From positions 1,344,001 to 1,408,000 of the forward strand of contig OY760074.1 in the NCBI GenBank assembly GCA_963663035.1: DNA of 64,000 bases, read 5' to 3'. How positions within the stretch are numbered: the stretch's first letter is position 1; each line of letters starts with the position of its first letter. This stretch comes from Acidobacteriota bacterium (GTDB lineage Bacteria; Acidobacteriota; UBA6911; RPQK01; JADFOI01). Made by a program: the position numbers and the translations under genes. The notes beneath the pieces are model-generated. The model made no database searches and was not told the origin of the DNA. It saw only the letters and a program-made list of their open reading frames with translations. Shown here one piece after another: positions 1 to 8,578 of this stretch.

Positions 1-880
1 CGGAAACGTGTCTGGACAGGGTCCTGGTTTTGCGGAGCTCCCCCTGATGGGCGCGGGTCAGATAGGGCTGCTGGCTATGGATAAAACGGGTCCATCCTCC
101 TTTAATCTTCCCGTCTGGTGGAGCCTCAATCGAGCCCTGGGCGACACCACTCTGAAGACCTATTTGGAGAGAACGGGAGGCCAGGGAGTGGTCATCGAGA
201 TCTGGGACGTGGAACACCACGAAAGGGTTTTTCTGGACGTGGAGACGGAAGCGCAGAGTATCGAAGAACTCCTGGGAGCTATTGAGAGATTTAATGTCAA
301 GCGCATCTGGAGCAGAACGGCTGAAAAATGGGATCCAGGACGTGTTGGAGCATCTCTGGGAGAAGTCTTGCTGGCGGCCTCAACCGAAAAGCTGGCCGTC
401 ATCACAGGCGGAGAGTATCGGGGCAAGGATGACCCCGTGCTGTTGGCCGTGGAGCCACTTGCTCAGGCGCTGAACCTCTTTATGCGGGACCGCTACTACC
501 TGACTCAGGGAGACGGTCGGGGTTCCCACTACATGTTCCCGACACCACTGGCGTTCCAGGATGCAATTGCCACTATCAATAGCCGGGCCGTGGCCGTGGC
601 AGCCTGCATCACAATTGACTCTTCTGGCGAGATCAGAGGTTTCCGCGACGTCTTCGCCGATCCCAGTTATGAGGCAGCGCGAGACCGCGCTTATGAGCTC
701 AACAAGGCCATCTGGGACGCCCAAGGCGGCAACTTTATCCCGGTCGGGGTGGGAACCGCCAAGGTCGAGCAGTCCTATCCTCTGGCTCAGACTCTGAACC
801 GAATCACTGCCGCTGATTCTGAGTTTGTTTCAAAGCGGACCCTTTCTCACGCTGCGCCTGAAGAACTCGTGGGAACGTAA
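1..880 (+). CDS. fbp: Fructose-1,6-bisphosphate aldolase/phosphatase (class V FBPase), divergent; 5' end outside window
   Basis: The frame is open from base 2. Motifs GNVSGQGPG.AE, DKTGPSSFNLP, GEYRGKDDP (catalytic Tyr/Lys), RGSH and DVFADP match the FBPA/P family. Lies directly upstream of ppdK. Confidence 0.85.
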   Translation, partial: GNVSGQGPGFAELPLMGAGQIGLLAMDKTGPSSFNLPVWWSLNRALGDTTLKTYLERTGGQGVVIEIWDVEHHERVFLDVETEAQSIEELLGAIERFNVKRIWSRTAEKWDPGRVGASLGEVLLAASTEKLAVITGGEYRGKDDPVLLAVEPLAQALNLFMRDRYYLTQGDGRGSHYMFPTPLAFQDAIATINSRAVAVAACITIDSSGEIRGFRDVFADPSYEAARDRAYELNKAIWDAQGGNFIPVGVGTAKVEQSYPLAQTLNRITAADSEFVSKRTLSHAAPEELVGT

Positions 881-905
881 CATCGTTACCCAGGAGAAGA
901 ATCTT

Positions 906-3653
906 ATGAATACGGCCACTGACCTCAGCCGCTCCGACGCCCTCAAATATGTCTATCTTTTCAACCAGGTTGATGAGGTGGAAAAAAAAGTAGGTGGCGA
1001 CTGGGAGAAAGTGCGCTCTCTGCTGGGTGGTAAGGGTGCAGGCCTGGCAGATATGACCCGACTGGGCGTTTCGGTCTGCCCGGGTTTTACCGTCACCACG
1101 GAGGCGTGCACCCTCTATCTGTCTGGAAACGGGTTCCCCAAGGAAGTATGGGAGCAAGAACTGGCAGCTGTGGGGGCCATTGAGGAGGCCACCGGAAAAA
1201 AGTTTGGCGACCCCAGCAACCCGCTGCTGGTTTCCTGTCGCTCAGGTGCCAAGTTCTCCATGCCGGGAATGATGGATACTGTGCTCAACATTGGCTTGAA
1301 CGATGAGGTCGCGGAAAAGTGGGTGGAGCGAGGGGCTGACGCGCGTTTCGTCTATGACTCCTATCGAAGGTTGGTTCAAATGTTCGGCAGCGTGGTGTTG
1401 GACGTTCCCGACGAGTATTTCGAAGCCGTTATCACCGAGTGCCGAAAAGGCGCTGGAGTCACTAGCGACTCCGAACTTTCAGCTCAGAATTGGGGAGATG
1501 CAATCAAAGAGTTCAAGGAGATTGTGAAGAGCTCCACAGGAAATGACTTCCCCACTGACCCCTATCAACAACTGAAGCTGGCAACAGAAGCGGTCTTTCG
1601 GTCCTGGGACGGGAAGCGGGCCATTGCCTATCGCAAGGCAGCTGGCATTCCACATGATCTGGGTACAGCCGTCAATATCCAGACCATGGTCTTTGGCAAC
1701 ATGGGTGAGGACAGCGCCACAGGTGTGGCCATGTCACGCAACGCCTCCAACGGAGAACCCGAGCTTGAAGGGGATTTTCTGATCAACGCACAGGGGGAAG
1801 ACGTAGTGGCAGGTATTCGTCACACCCAGCCCCTGAGCGACCTCAAAAAGCAGATGCCGGAGATGTATGCCGAATTTGAGGAGATCACCCGGAAACTGGA
1901 GAAGCACTACCGCAACATGCAGGATATGGAGTTCACCATTGAAAATCAAAAATTGTGGATTCTGCAGACGCGGGATGGAAAGCGCACCGCCCAGGCCGAG
2001 GTGCGTATCGCGGTGGACATGGTCGAGGAAGGACTCATCAGCAGGAAAGAGGCGGTAGGGCGGGTCCAGCCGGCCCAGGTAGACATCTTCATGCACCCGC
2101 AGTTTGACGCCGCTACCCGTCAAAAGGGCCAGCTCATCGCGCGGGGTCTGAACGTCTCCCCGGGAGCAGCAGTGGGTGTCGTCGCCTTTGACGCCGATAC
2201 AGCCGAAGATTGGGCTGCGAACAAGGGAAAAGATGTCATAATGGTTCGGCCCGAGACCAAACCCGACGATGTGCATGGCATGCTGGCCTCCAAAGGCATT
2301 CTCACCAGCCGAGGCGGCCGTACCAGCCACGCTGCGCTGGTTGCGCGGCAGTTCGGCACACCGGCCGTGGTGGGTGTCAGCGAGTTGGAGATCGATCTTG
2401 ACGCTCGCCAAATGCGCATCGGCGATGAACTCGTGGTGAAAGAGGGAGAGTGGATTTCACTGGACGGGGGCTCAGGCGAAGTTTTCCTGGACAAATTACC
2501 CACCGTTGTTCCCGACTTCAGCAATCCTTATCTCCTGAAAATTCTCGAATGGGCGGATGAAATTCGCACCCTCCAGGTCTGGACCAACGCCGATTACCCT
2601 GGTGACGCCGAGCGAGCTCGTGAATACGGTGCCCAGGGTATCGGTTTGTGTCGAACCGAGCACATGTTCTTCGAGACCAGCCGCCTGCCCATTGTTCAGC
2701 GCATGATCATGGCCACGGACCCGGCCGAGAGACAGGAAGCTATTGACAAGCTGCTGCCGATGCAGCGAGAGGATTTCGAAGGCCTGTTCAAGGCCATGGA
2801 CGGAGCTCCGGTGGTTATCCGACTGCTGGATCCGCCGCTGCACGAATTTTTGCCCTCCTATGAGGAGTTGGTTCAAGACCTGGCGGAGTTGAAGGCTCAG
2901 GTCAAGTACCTGAAGAGCGGCAGCGAGAAGGACAATGCCCTCTCTGAAATTCAGAGTAAATCCGCCTACCTGGAGAGGGTGCAGGCGCTCCGAGAAATGA
3001 ATCCGATGCTGGGTACACGCGGAGTCCGCCTGGGCATCCTCATTCCCGAGCTGACCAAAATGCAGGTTCGAGCCATCTTTGAAGCTGCTTGCAAATGTTC
3101 CCAGGCGGGGATCAAGGTCCAACCGGAAGTCATGATTCCCCTGACCTCTCACGTAAACGAACTGCGGGTCCAGCAAACGGGACTGGAAAGCGTGGCCAAA
3201 GAGGTCATGGCAGAACAAGGCGCCCAAATCCAATACAAGTTCGGCACCATGATCGAGATCCCGCGAGCCGCACTCACGGCCGATGAGATGGCCGAGGTCG
3301 CTGAGTTTTTCTCCTTTGGTACCAATGACCTGACTCAGACTGTTTTTGGCATCTCCCGTGATGATGCCGAGTCCGGCTTCCTGGTGCACTACATCCAGGA
3401 AGGGATTCTGCCCGAGAACCCATTTGCCACCCTGGATGTCGGGGGTGTCGGAAAGTTAATGGAGATGGCCGTCCAGCTGGGTCGAAAGATCAAGCCTGAA
3501 CTGGAGATTGGTATCTGCGGTGAGCATGGTGGAGATCCGGCAAGCATCGCCTTGTGCCACCGGCTTGGTTTTAATTACGTCTCCTGTTCGCCCTTTCGGG
3601 TCCCCATTGCCCGCCTGGCAGCCGCCCACGCCGCACTTGCGGACAAAGAGTGA
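906..3653 (+). CDS. ppdK: Pyruvate, phosphate dikinase
   Basis: LLGGKGAGL, SCRSGAKFSMPGMMDT, GGRTSHAA (phospho-His), GLCRTEHMF, SFGTNDLTQ and GICGEHGG motifs. ATG 906 follows AGGAG. Confidence 0.98.
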   Translation: MNTATDLSRSDALKYVYLFNQVDEVEKKVGGDWEKVRSLLGGKGAGLADMTRLGVSVCPGFTVTTEACTLYLSGNGFPKEVWEQELAAVGAIEEATGKKFGDPSNPLLVSCRSGAKFSMPGMMDTVLNIGLNDEVAEKWVERGADARFVYDSYRRLVQMFGSVVLDVPDEYFEAVITECRKGAGVTSDSELSAQNWGDAIKEFKEIVKSSTGNDFPTDPYQQLKLATEAVFRSWDGKRAIAYRKAAGIPHDLGTAVNIQTMVFGNMGEDSATGVAMSRNASNGEPELEGDFLINAQGEDVVAGIRHTQPLSDLKKQMPEMYAEFEEITRKLEKHYRNMQDMEFTIENQKLWILQTRDGKRTAQAEVRIAVDMVEEGLISRKEAVGRVQPAQVDIFMHPQFDAATRQKGQLIARGLNVSPGAAVGVVAFDADTAEDWAANKGKDVIMVRPETKPDDVHGMLASKGILTSRGGRTSHAALVARQFGTPAVVGVSELEIDLDARQMRIGDELVVKEGEWISLDGGSGEVFLDKLPTVVPDFSNPYLLKILEWADEIRTLQVWTNADYPGDAERAREYGAQGIGLCRTEHMFFETSRLPIVQRMIMATDPAERQEAIDKLLPMQREDFEGLFKAMDGAPVVIRLLDPPLHEFLPSYEELVQDLAELKAQVKYLKSGSEKDNALSEIQSKSAYLERVQALREMNPMLGTRGVRLGILIPELTKMQVRAIFEAACKCSQAGIKVQPEVMIPLTSHVNELRVQQTGLESVAKEVMAEQGAQIQYKFGTMIEIPRAALTADEMAEVAEFFSFGTNDLTQTVFGISRDDAESGFLVHYIQEGILPENPFATLDVGGVGKLMEMAVQLGRKIKPELEIGICGEHGGDPASIALCHRLGFNYVSCSPFRVPIARLAAAHAALADKE

Positions 3654-3665
3654 CTTCGTCCAATG

Positions 3666-3724
3666 TTCGCGGCCTGAGGCCGCTCCCACATTCTCGGAAC
3701 GTGGGAGGCACCTCAGGTGCCGAA
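3666..3724. repeat. REP-like inverted doublet (GTGG-type) between convergent genes
   Basis: GTGGGAGCGGCCTCAGGCCGCGAA on the minus strand faces GTGGGAGGCACCTCAGGTGCCGAA on the plus strand; each has an internal palindrome. Confidence 0.65.
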
Positions 3725-3738
3725 TCCGAAAAACAAAG

Positions 3739-4413
3739 TCAGGGTAAGACTGCCTGGAAGCGCTGGGCAACAAAGGGGAATTTTGGCACCTTGTGGTCAA
3801 ACAGAATGACTTGCGGGTCAACATCCTGCCCGTAAAACTTTCGGATAGCGGTCTCATCCGCCCTCAAGCTGGCCCCGGCCAGGGAAATACCGGCAAAAAG
3901 TCCTTTGGATCTGGCATAAGCGAAAATTTCCGCCTGGAAGGTGATATCCGTATCCGCTTCTACGGTTCTTCCCACCGGACCGGCGGCCACACTGGCGTCT
4001 GCACCCAGCGTGAAGCTGCTCTCCAACAAACCCTTGGCGCTTTTTTCAGTCATCAGGAACAGGACCAGGTCGGAAGCCTGCGCGCCGATTTGAAAGCCGA
4101 AACTGCCTCCCGTCAATTTGACAAAAGAGGGCGGACTCCAACTTCCCTTCTCATCTTTACAACTGGCGATCCCATTCCCACTGCGCCCCCCAAAACCAAA
4201 GGCGGCCTTCACAACGTGAGGAATCACCACGATGCACTGGCATCTCTCCAAAAGGTATTCTGGAACACCGCTGTCCGACGCATTAATCAGCTCCTTGTAC
4301 ACCTCGGTTGAGTTCTCGACCCGGTCGACGAACTTATCCCCTAATAGAGACGGGGTCAGAGCAGTTGCCAGCAGAAAAAGAAAACTGACGGTGGCGAATC
4401 TGTTGTTTTTCAT
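3739..4413 (-). CDS. Lipid-binding SYLF (Ysc84) domain protein, exported
   Basis: Signal peptide from MKNNRF; GGSFGFQIG, LGADASVAAGPVGR and YARSKGLFAGISL motifs. Confidence 0.92.
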   Translation of the reverse strand: MKNNRFATVSFLFLLATALTPSLLGDKFVDRVENSTEVYKELINASDSGVPEYLLERCQCIVVIPHVVKAAFGFGGRSGNGIASCKDEKGSWSPPSFVKLTGGSFGFQIGAQASDLVLFLMTEKSAKGLLESSFTLGADASVAAGPVGRTVEADTDITFQAEIFAYARSKGLFAGISLAGASLRADETAIRKFYGQDVDPQVILFDHKVPKFPFVAQRFQAVLP

Positions 4414-4439
4414 ATCGATTACCAGTATAGCGCACAGTC

Positions 4440-5228
4440 TCATCCGGTGAGCCAGAGCCTCAACGCGAACAGGAGTATCGTTACCGTGACGACTCCTTTG
4501 ACCCAGCGGTGGCCCTTTTTTATCGTAAGCTTCACGCCTACAAGTCCTCCCAGGATCGTGCCAGCCCCTAAGCTCAATCCCAAAGGCCAGTGGACCCTCC
4601 CCTGCCAGGCAAAGATTCCCAGGGCAACCGCACCGAAGCATAGTGCACTGAGCACCTTGACAGCATTGCCCCGCACCAGATCCAGACCCGCTAGAGTGGT
4701 GACGGCAAGAAGCAGGAATCCCACACCCGCCTGGACGAAGCCTCCATAAATTCCCACCAGGAAGAACCCCACCCCTAAGATCGCCGCTTCATTGGGCCTG
4801 GCGGAAAAATCTGCAGTGGAGTGCATCGACTTGAGAGGGTCCCATAGGGTCCACAGAGTCACGGCAACCATCAGGAGAGCCAGGATCTTTTGAAAGTCTT
4901 GATCACTCACCCACAGAGCGGTCCAGGCTCCCAGGACTGCGCCACAACTGGCAGGCAAAGCCGCCCAAAGCAGGTAGCGCCTTCGCATGATTCCATGGCG
5001 GTGGAAACTCCACACGGCTCCCACATTTTGAAAAACAACCCCCACCCGGTTGGTCCCGTTGGCCACCGAGGGTGGTATCCCCAGGAAAATCATGACGGGA
5101 AGGGTCAGGAAGGACCCTCCACCGGCGATCACATTCAACGTGCCCGCTACACAACCCACACAGAAAAGTAAGAGATAACCGCTCAAGTCAACCATGAGAT
5201 TCTTAACAGATTCCGAAACCCGAGCCAT
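4440..5228 (-). CDS. Sulfite exporter TauE/SafE family membrane protein
   Basis: AGGGSFLTLP, ANGTN and GIYGGFVQAGVG motifs with multiple TM segments. The start may be ATG 5195. Confidence 0.9.
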   Translation of the reverse strand: MARVSESVKNLMVDLSGYLLLFCVGCVAGTLNVIAGGGSFLTLPVMIFLGIPPSVANGTNRVGVVFQNVGAVWSFHRHGIMRRRYLLWAALPASCGAVLGAWTALWVSDQDFQKILALLMVAVTLWTLWDPLKSMHSTADFSARPNEAAILGVGFFLVGIYGGFVQAGVGFLLLAVTTLAGLDLVRGNAVKVLSALCFGAVALGIFAWQGRVHWPLGLSLGAGTILGGLVGVKLTIKKGHRWVKGVVTVTILLFALRLWLTG

Positions 5229-5243
5229 TGTAACTGAAACAAG

Positions 5244-5499
5244 CCCGGGTTAGGCAAAGGTTCTCGTCACGAAGTGGCGAAAACGCCGGAAAACAGAGCC
5301 GCAGGCTTTAGCCCACGGGCCCGCAGGCTAAAGCCTGCGGGCCCGACTGGCGCGCGAGGGGTACCCGCCACGGGTCGGCCCCCGCAAACGTACTCTTGAG
5401 TACGTTGAGGAGGCCGAGGGGTACCCGCTTGCGGGTCGCGGAACGCTGGCAGGGCGGATGGTTTCGCCGCTGCAGTAGAGAATTTTTGCCTAATCAGGG
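5244..5499 (-). mobile_element. Non-autonomous element (MITE) with IS1380-like ends, carrying internal REP-like palindromes
   Basis: Both ends align with the 12035-12181 element in reverse orientation and resemble the IS1380 TIRs. Internal GCAGGCTTTAGCC/GGCTAAAGCCTGC palindrome. Confidence 0.65.
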
Positions 5500-5555
5500 C
5501 AAAAGAAGCGATCCGATTTGCTATGATTAAGACCGGTATCGAAAGGAGCTCGCGA

Positions 5556-6026
5556 ATGTCAAAGGACCTAGGAACGACTTTACCGACAGACCTTCTGGAT
5601 TTTCTCTCGAGTAGCGAGCCCGCCTCCAAATTCCAAGAGGTGATCCTTTTTAGCACCGTGGACGAGGACGGTTGGCCCCGCCACGGCTTACTCAGTCCTC
5701 GGGAAGTGGTTGCCAAGGATCCTTCCCGGCTTCTCTTACTCTTGTACAGCAACTCTCGGGGCACTGCCAATGTGGAGCGGGAAGGTAAGATTTCCCTTGT
5801 CCTGGTGAATCCCAATATGAGCTATTATGTGTTCTGCAGCGCTCAGTCTCTCCCCCCCATGGCAGAGGCACCCACCGAGACACTCTTTGAGCTCAAAGTG
5901 GAAAGGGTTTTAGAAGATTCCCTGGCCACCGCCCGCATCTTGACGGGAATCACTTTTGAAGGCTATGACCCGGGCATGACCCAGGAGAATCGCGAGCTGG
6001 TCTTTCAACAGCTTTTGGATAAGTGA
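5556..6026 (+). CDS. Pyridoxamine 5'-phosphate oxidase-like FMN-binding split-barrel protein
   Basis: STVDEDGWP and SRGTANVEREGKISL motifs; RBS GAAAGGAG. Confidence 0.8.
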   Translation: MSKDLGTTLPTDLLDFLSSSEPASKFQEVILFSTVDEDGWPRHGLLSPREVVAKDPSRLLLLLYSNSRGTANVEREGKISLVLVNPNMSYYVFCSAQSLPPMAEAPTETLFELKVERVLEDSLATARILTGITFEGYDPGMTQENRELVFQQLLDK

Positions 6027-6137
6027 GGAGGCAGGAGGTAGGAGTCAGGAGGCAGGAGGTAGGAGTCAGGAGGTAGGAGTCAGGAGGCAGGAGGTAGGAG
6101 TCAGGAGGTAGGAGTCAGGAGGCAGGAGATAGGAATT
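6026..6137 (+). repeat. Heptamer tandem repeat, 16 units of AGGAG(GC/GT/TC)
   Basis: Directly visible 7-bp periodicity; the last two units are degenerate (AGGAGAT, AGGAATT). Confidence 0.95.
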
Positions 6138-6138
6138 A

Positions 6139-6711
6139 GTGAGTTACTTAGGAGGAGGAATTCAGCTGAGGAGATGGCTATTAACCGGTGCTCTTTGCTG
6201 TGCTCTTCTGGGTGCTTCACACGCTCAGGTGGAGCCGCAGGAACCCGAAATCCCCACCTTAACCCTCACCGTGGGTGACACCTCAGGAAAGATCGATGAG
6301 GAAGTTGCCGTTCCCATCGAGGTGACCGCGAATGCCAATCTCAGGGAGCCATTCAAGGTCGTTCTTCGCTTTCCACCCAGCTCGTTACAATACACAAGGT
6401 TGGGTTTCGGCCCGCTGCTAGGCAAAGCAGATTGGAAGCTCGAGTCTGAGTTAAGGACATCTCCAGCAGCGTTCGATATGTCCTTTCTGGAAATCTCCGT
6501 TGAGCCGGGAGAGGGCGATTTTTTCCCTCGGGGGGGTCTTATAGCCTATGCCTATTTTATAATTGTGGCAACGCTTCCAGATCACCTGATAGAACTCTCT
6601 CCCAGTCTACGCATCCTGGATGGAGATTTCCCTGTGCAAGTGGAAACAGCACCGGCCGAGATCATGGCCTTCCCTGAGGCCATGACGGCATGCCTCTTTT
6701 ATATGCACTGA
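6139..6711 (+). CDS. Exported protein with cohesin-like beta-sandwich
   Basis: Signal peptide (..GASHA-Q) and LTVGDTSG..EEVAVPIEV, which resembles a cohesin N-terminus. Start uncertain. Confidence 0.6.
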   Translation: MSYLGGGIQLRRWLLTGALCCALLGASHAQVEPQEPEIPTLTLTVGDTSGKIDEEVAVPIEVTANANLREPFKVVLRFPPSSLQYTRLGFGPLLGKADWKLESELRTSPAAFDMSFLEISVEPGEGDFFPRGGLIAYAYFIIVATLPDHLIELSPSLRILDGDFPVQVETAPAEIMAFPEAMTACLFYMH

Positions 6712-6724
6712 AACAGAAGCGGGT

Positions 6725-7432
6725 TCACCCGGCGGATTCACCGGGCGGCGGGCTGGGTAGATCCCGATCCACCTGCCAGGCAGACGGGTCCTCCAGGTAA
6801 CGGTTCACTTCAGCTAAGGAATCTTCCGAGAGCACACCCATTGCCTGCCCTATCTTCAAACAGGTGGAAAGCCCCACCAGCGAATGGAGTGTGACACCCA
6901 GCTTCTCTAAAGTCTGAGCACCATTTTGCTCACGGTCCACCAAAACCAGACAATCAGAGATAGTGCAGCCGGCCTCTCGAATCCCCTCAATGAACCCAAC
7001 TTTACTTCCTCCATCCGTCATGAGATCTTCAACCAGGAGCACTTTGCCTCTGGGCACTCCTTCCAGGCGCTGACTTTCGCCATAATCCTTTGGCTTCTTT
7101 CGAACGTAGAGCAGCGGTTTATTCAGCTTCTCTGCCAGCCAGGCGGCAAATGGAATGCCGGCCGTTTCGCCGCCCGCGACGCAGTCGCAGTCGAGTTCCC
7201 TTTCCTGGTAAAGGTAGCGGGCGAAGCCGATGAGGATGTCACGGGTGCTGGGAAAGGAAATCAAGAGGCGACAGTTGATATAGATCGGGGCAAAGTCCCC
7301 CGAAGCTAGCCGAAAGGGTTGGCGCTCGTTGACCTGGATCGCCTTGTGGCGCCACAAGAACTGGCCGGCCATCTCAGCAATCTGTCTCTCAATCTCCCCC
7401 CGGAGCTTCTCCTGACTGTCCCGATTCTCCAC
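6725..7432 (-). CDS. pyrE: Orotate phosphoribosyltransferase
   Basis: FRLASG..PIYINCR, GGETAGIP, YVRKKPK and the PRPP loop LLVEDLMTDGGS; adjacent to pyrD. Confidence 0.95.
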   Translation of the reverse strand: MENRDSQEKLRGEIERQIAEMAGQFLWRHKAIQVNERQPFRLASGDFAPIYINCRLLISFPSTRDILIGFARYLYQERELDCDCVAGGETAGIPFAAWLAEKLNKPLLYVRKKPKDYGESQRLEGVPRGKVLLVEDLMTDGGSKVGFIEGIREAGCTISDCLVLVDREQNGAQTLEKLGVTLHSLVGLSTCLKIGQAMGVLSEDSLAEVNRYLEDPSAWQVDRDLPSPPPGESAG

Positions 7433-7447
7433 AGTTGTCCTCGAATG

Positions 7448-8563
7448 TTAACGTGTCCCTAAGAAATCGGCCAGTCTGGCGACGCCGTTTTCTTTCAAAA
7501 TCCTCATCAGTCCCCGGTTGGTCATTGCCGCCAGAACCGGACCTCTGTAAATCAAGCCGGTGAAAACCTGCACCAGCGTGGCTCCCAGTTTCAGGTACTC
7601 CCAGACCTCCTGAGCGGGATGCTTCTCTGGATCACAGCCGACTCCGCCGCAGGCAATAATGGGAAACCGCCCTCCAGTCCGAGCAAAGACTTTCTCTGTC
7701 ATCTGCTGAGTATACTTTTTGAGGGGCCGTCCACTCAGACCGCCCACCGGGAAATCCTCCAGCAGGGCTGGCGGCGTTTTCAGGTTTTCCCGCCTGGCCG
7801 TGGTGTTGCCGATCACAAAGCCGTCGATGGCATACTCCTCGGCCAGCCTCAGGAGACTGTCCAGTGCAGAATCCCCGAGATCTGGAGAAAGCTTCAGCAA
7901 AACAGCCTTCTTCTTGTGGGGATCCTCCAGCTGCGCCCTGATCTCCTTCAGGCCCTTTAAGAAGGGCTCCAAGAGTTCCGGATCCTCAAAGGTCTTTCCC
8001 TCCACCGTATTGGGACAGCTCAAATTCAGAGTTAGGAAATCGGCCTGCGGGTAAAACTTTCTAAAGTTCTCCAGGTACTCCTGGATAGCTTGATCTCCCG
8101 CAATCTCCGGGTCAGCCGTCTTGACCAGATTGATCCCGGTCGGGATCTGGAATTGTAGGTCGCGGAGTCGTCTGTATACGATTTCCGCCCCCTCGCTGTT
8201 GAGACCCAAACGGTTGATCAGACCCCGGTCGCGGGGAAGTCTGAGCAAAGTCGGTGATCGATTTCCTGGCCAGGGGCGAAGGCTGATGGATCCCACCTCC
8301 ATGTGCCCAAAGCCCAGAGCGGCTATCACCTCATGCAGCTGGCCCTGCTTATCAAAGCCGGCCGCCAGACCCAGGGGATTCTTGAAGTCCAATCCCCACA
8401 CTGAGACACTCAAGGCCTCAAACTGGGCGTGATAGATCAGATGCAAGAGACGCCGAGCCAGGGAAGATTTGGAAAGAGTGTGACCTATTCGGAGGGTCTG
8501 CTTGTGGACAAACTCAGGATCCAGAGCAAAGAGGAGGGGGCGCAGAAGGTTATCGTAAAGCAA
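7448..8563 (-). CDS. pyrD: Quinone-dependent dihydroorotate dehydrogenase (class 2)
   Basis: NPLGLAAGFDK, INRLGLNS, NLSCPNT, KLSPD and GGLSG motifs. Confidence 0.95.
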   Translation of the reverse strand: MLYDNLLRPLLFALDPEFVHKQTLRIGHTLSKSSLARRLLHLIYHAQFEALSVSVWGLDFKNPLGLAAGFDKQGQLHEVIAALGFGHMEVGSISLRPWPGNRSPTLLRLPRDRGLINRLGLNSEGAEIVYRRLRDLQFQIPTGINLVKTADPEIAGDQAIQEYLENFRKFYPQADFLTLNLSCPNTVEGKTFEDPELLEPFLKGLKEIRAQLEDPHKKKAVLLKLSPDLGDSALDSLLRLAEEYAIDGFVIGNTTARRENLKTPPALLEDFPVGGLSGRPLKKYTQQMTEKVFARTGGRFPIIACGGVGCDPEKHPAQEVWEYLKLGATLVQVFTGLIYRGPVLAAMTNRGLMRILKENGVARLADFLGTR

Positions 8564-8578
8564 ATCCCCTCCCCCTCC

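Noticed and set aside
2496-3389. 297-aa ORF antisense to ppdK, and similar long antisense ORFs elsewhere
   Set aside because: Fully overlaps a well-supported gene and has no motifs; expected from codon bias.
5267-5815. 182-aa minus-strand ORF
   Set aside because: Spans the MITE and the antisense of the PNPOx-like gene; low-complexity translation of repeats.
6026-6137. CRISPR array
   Set aside because: Contiguous 7-bp units with no spacers, and no cas genes in the window.
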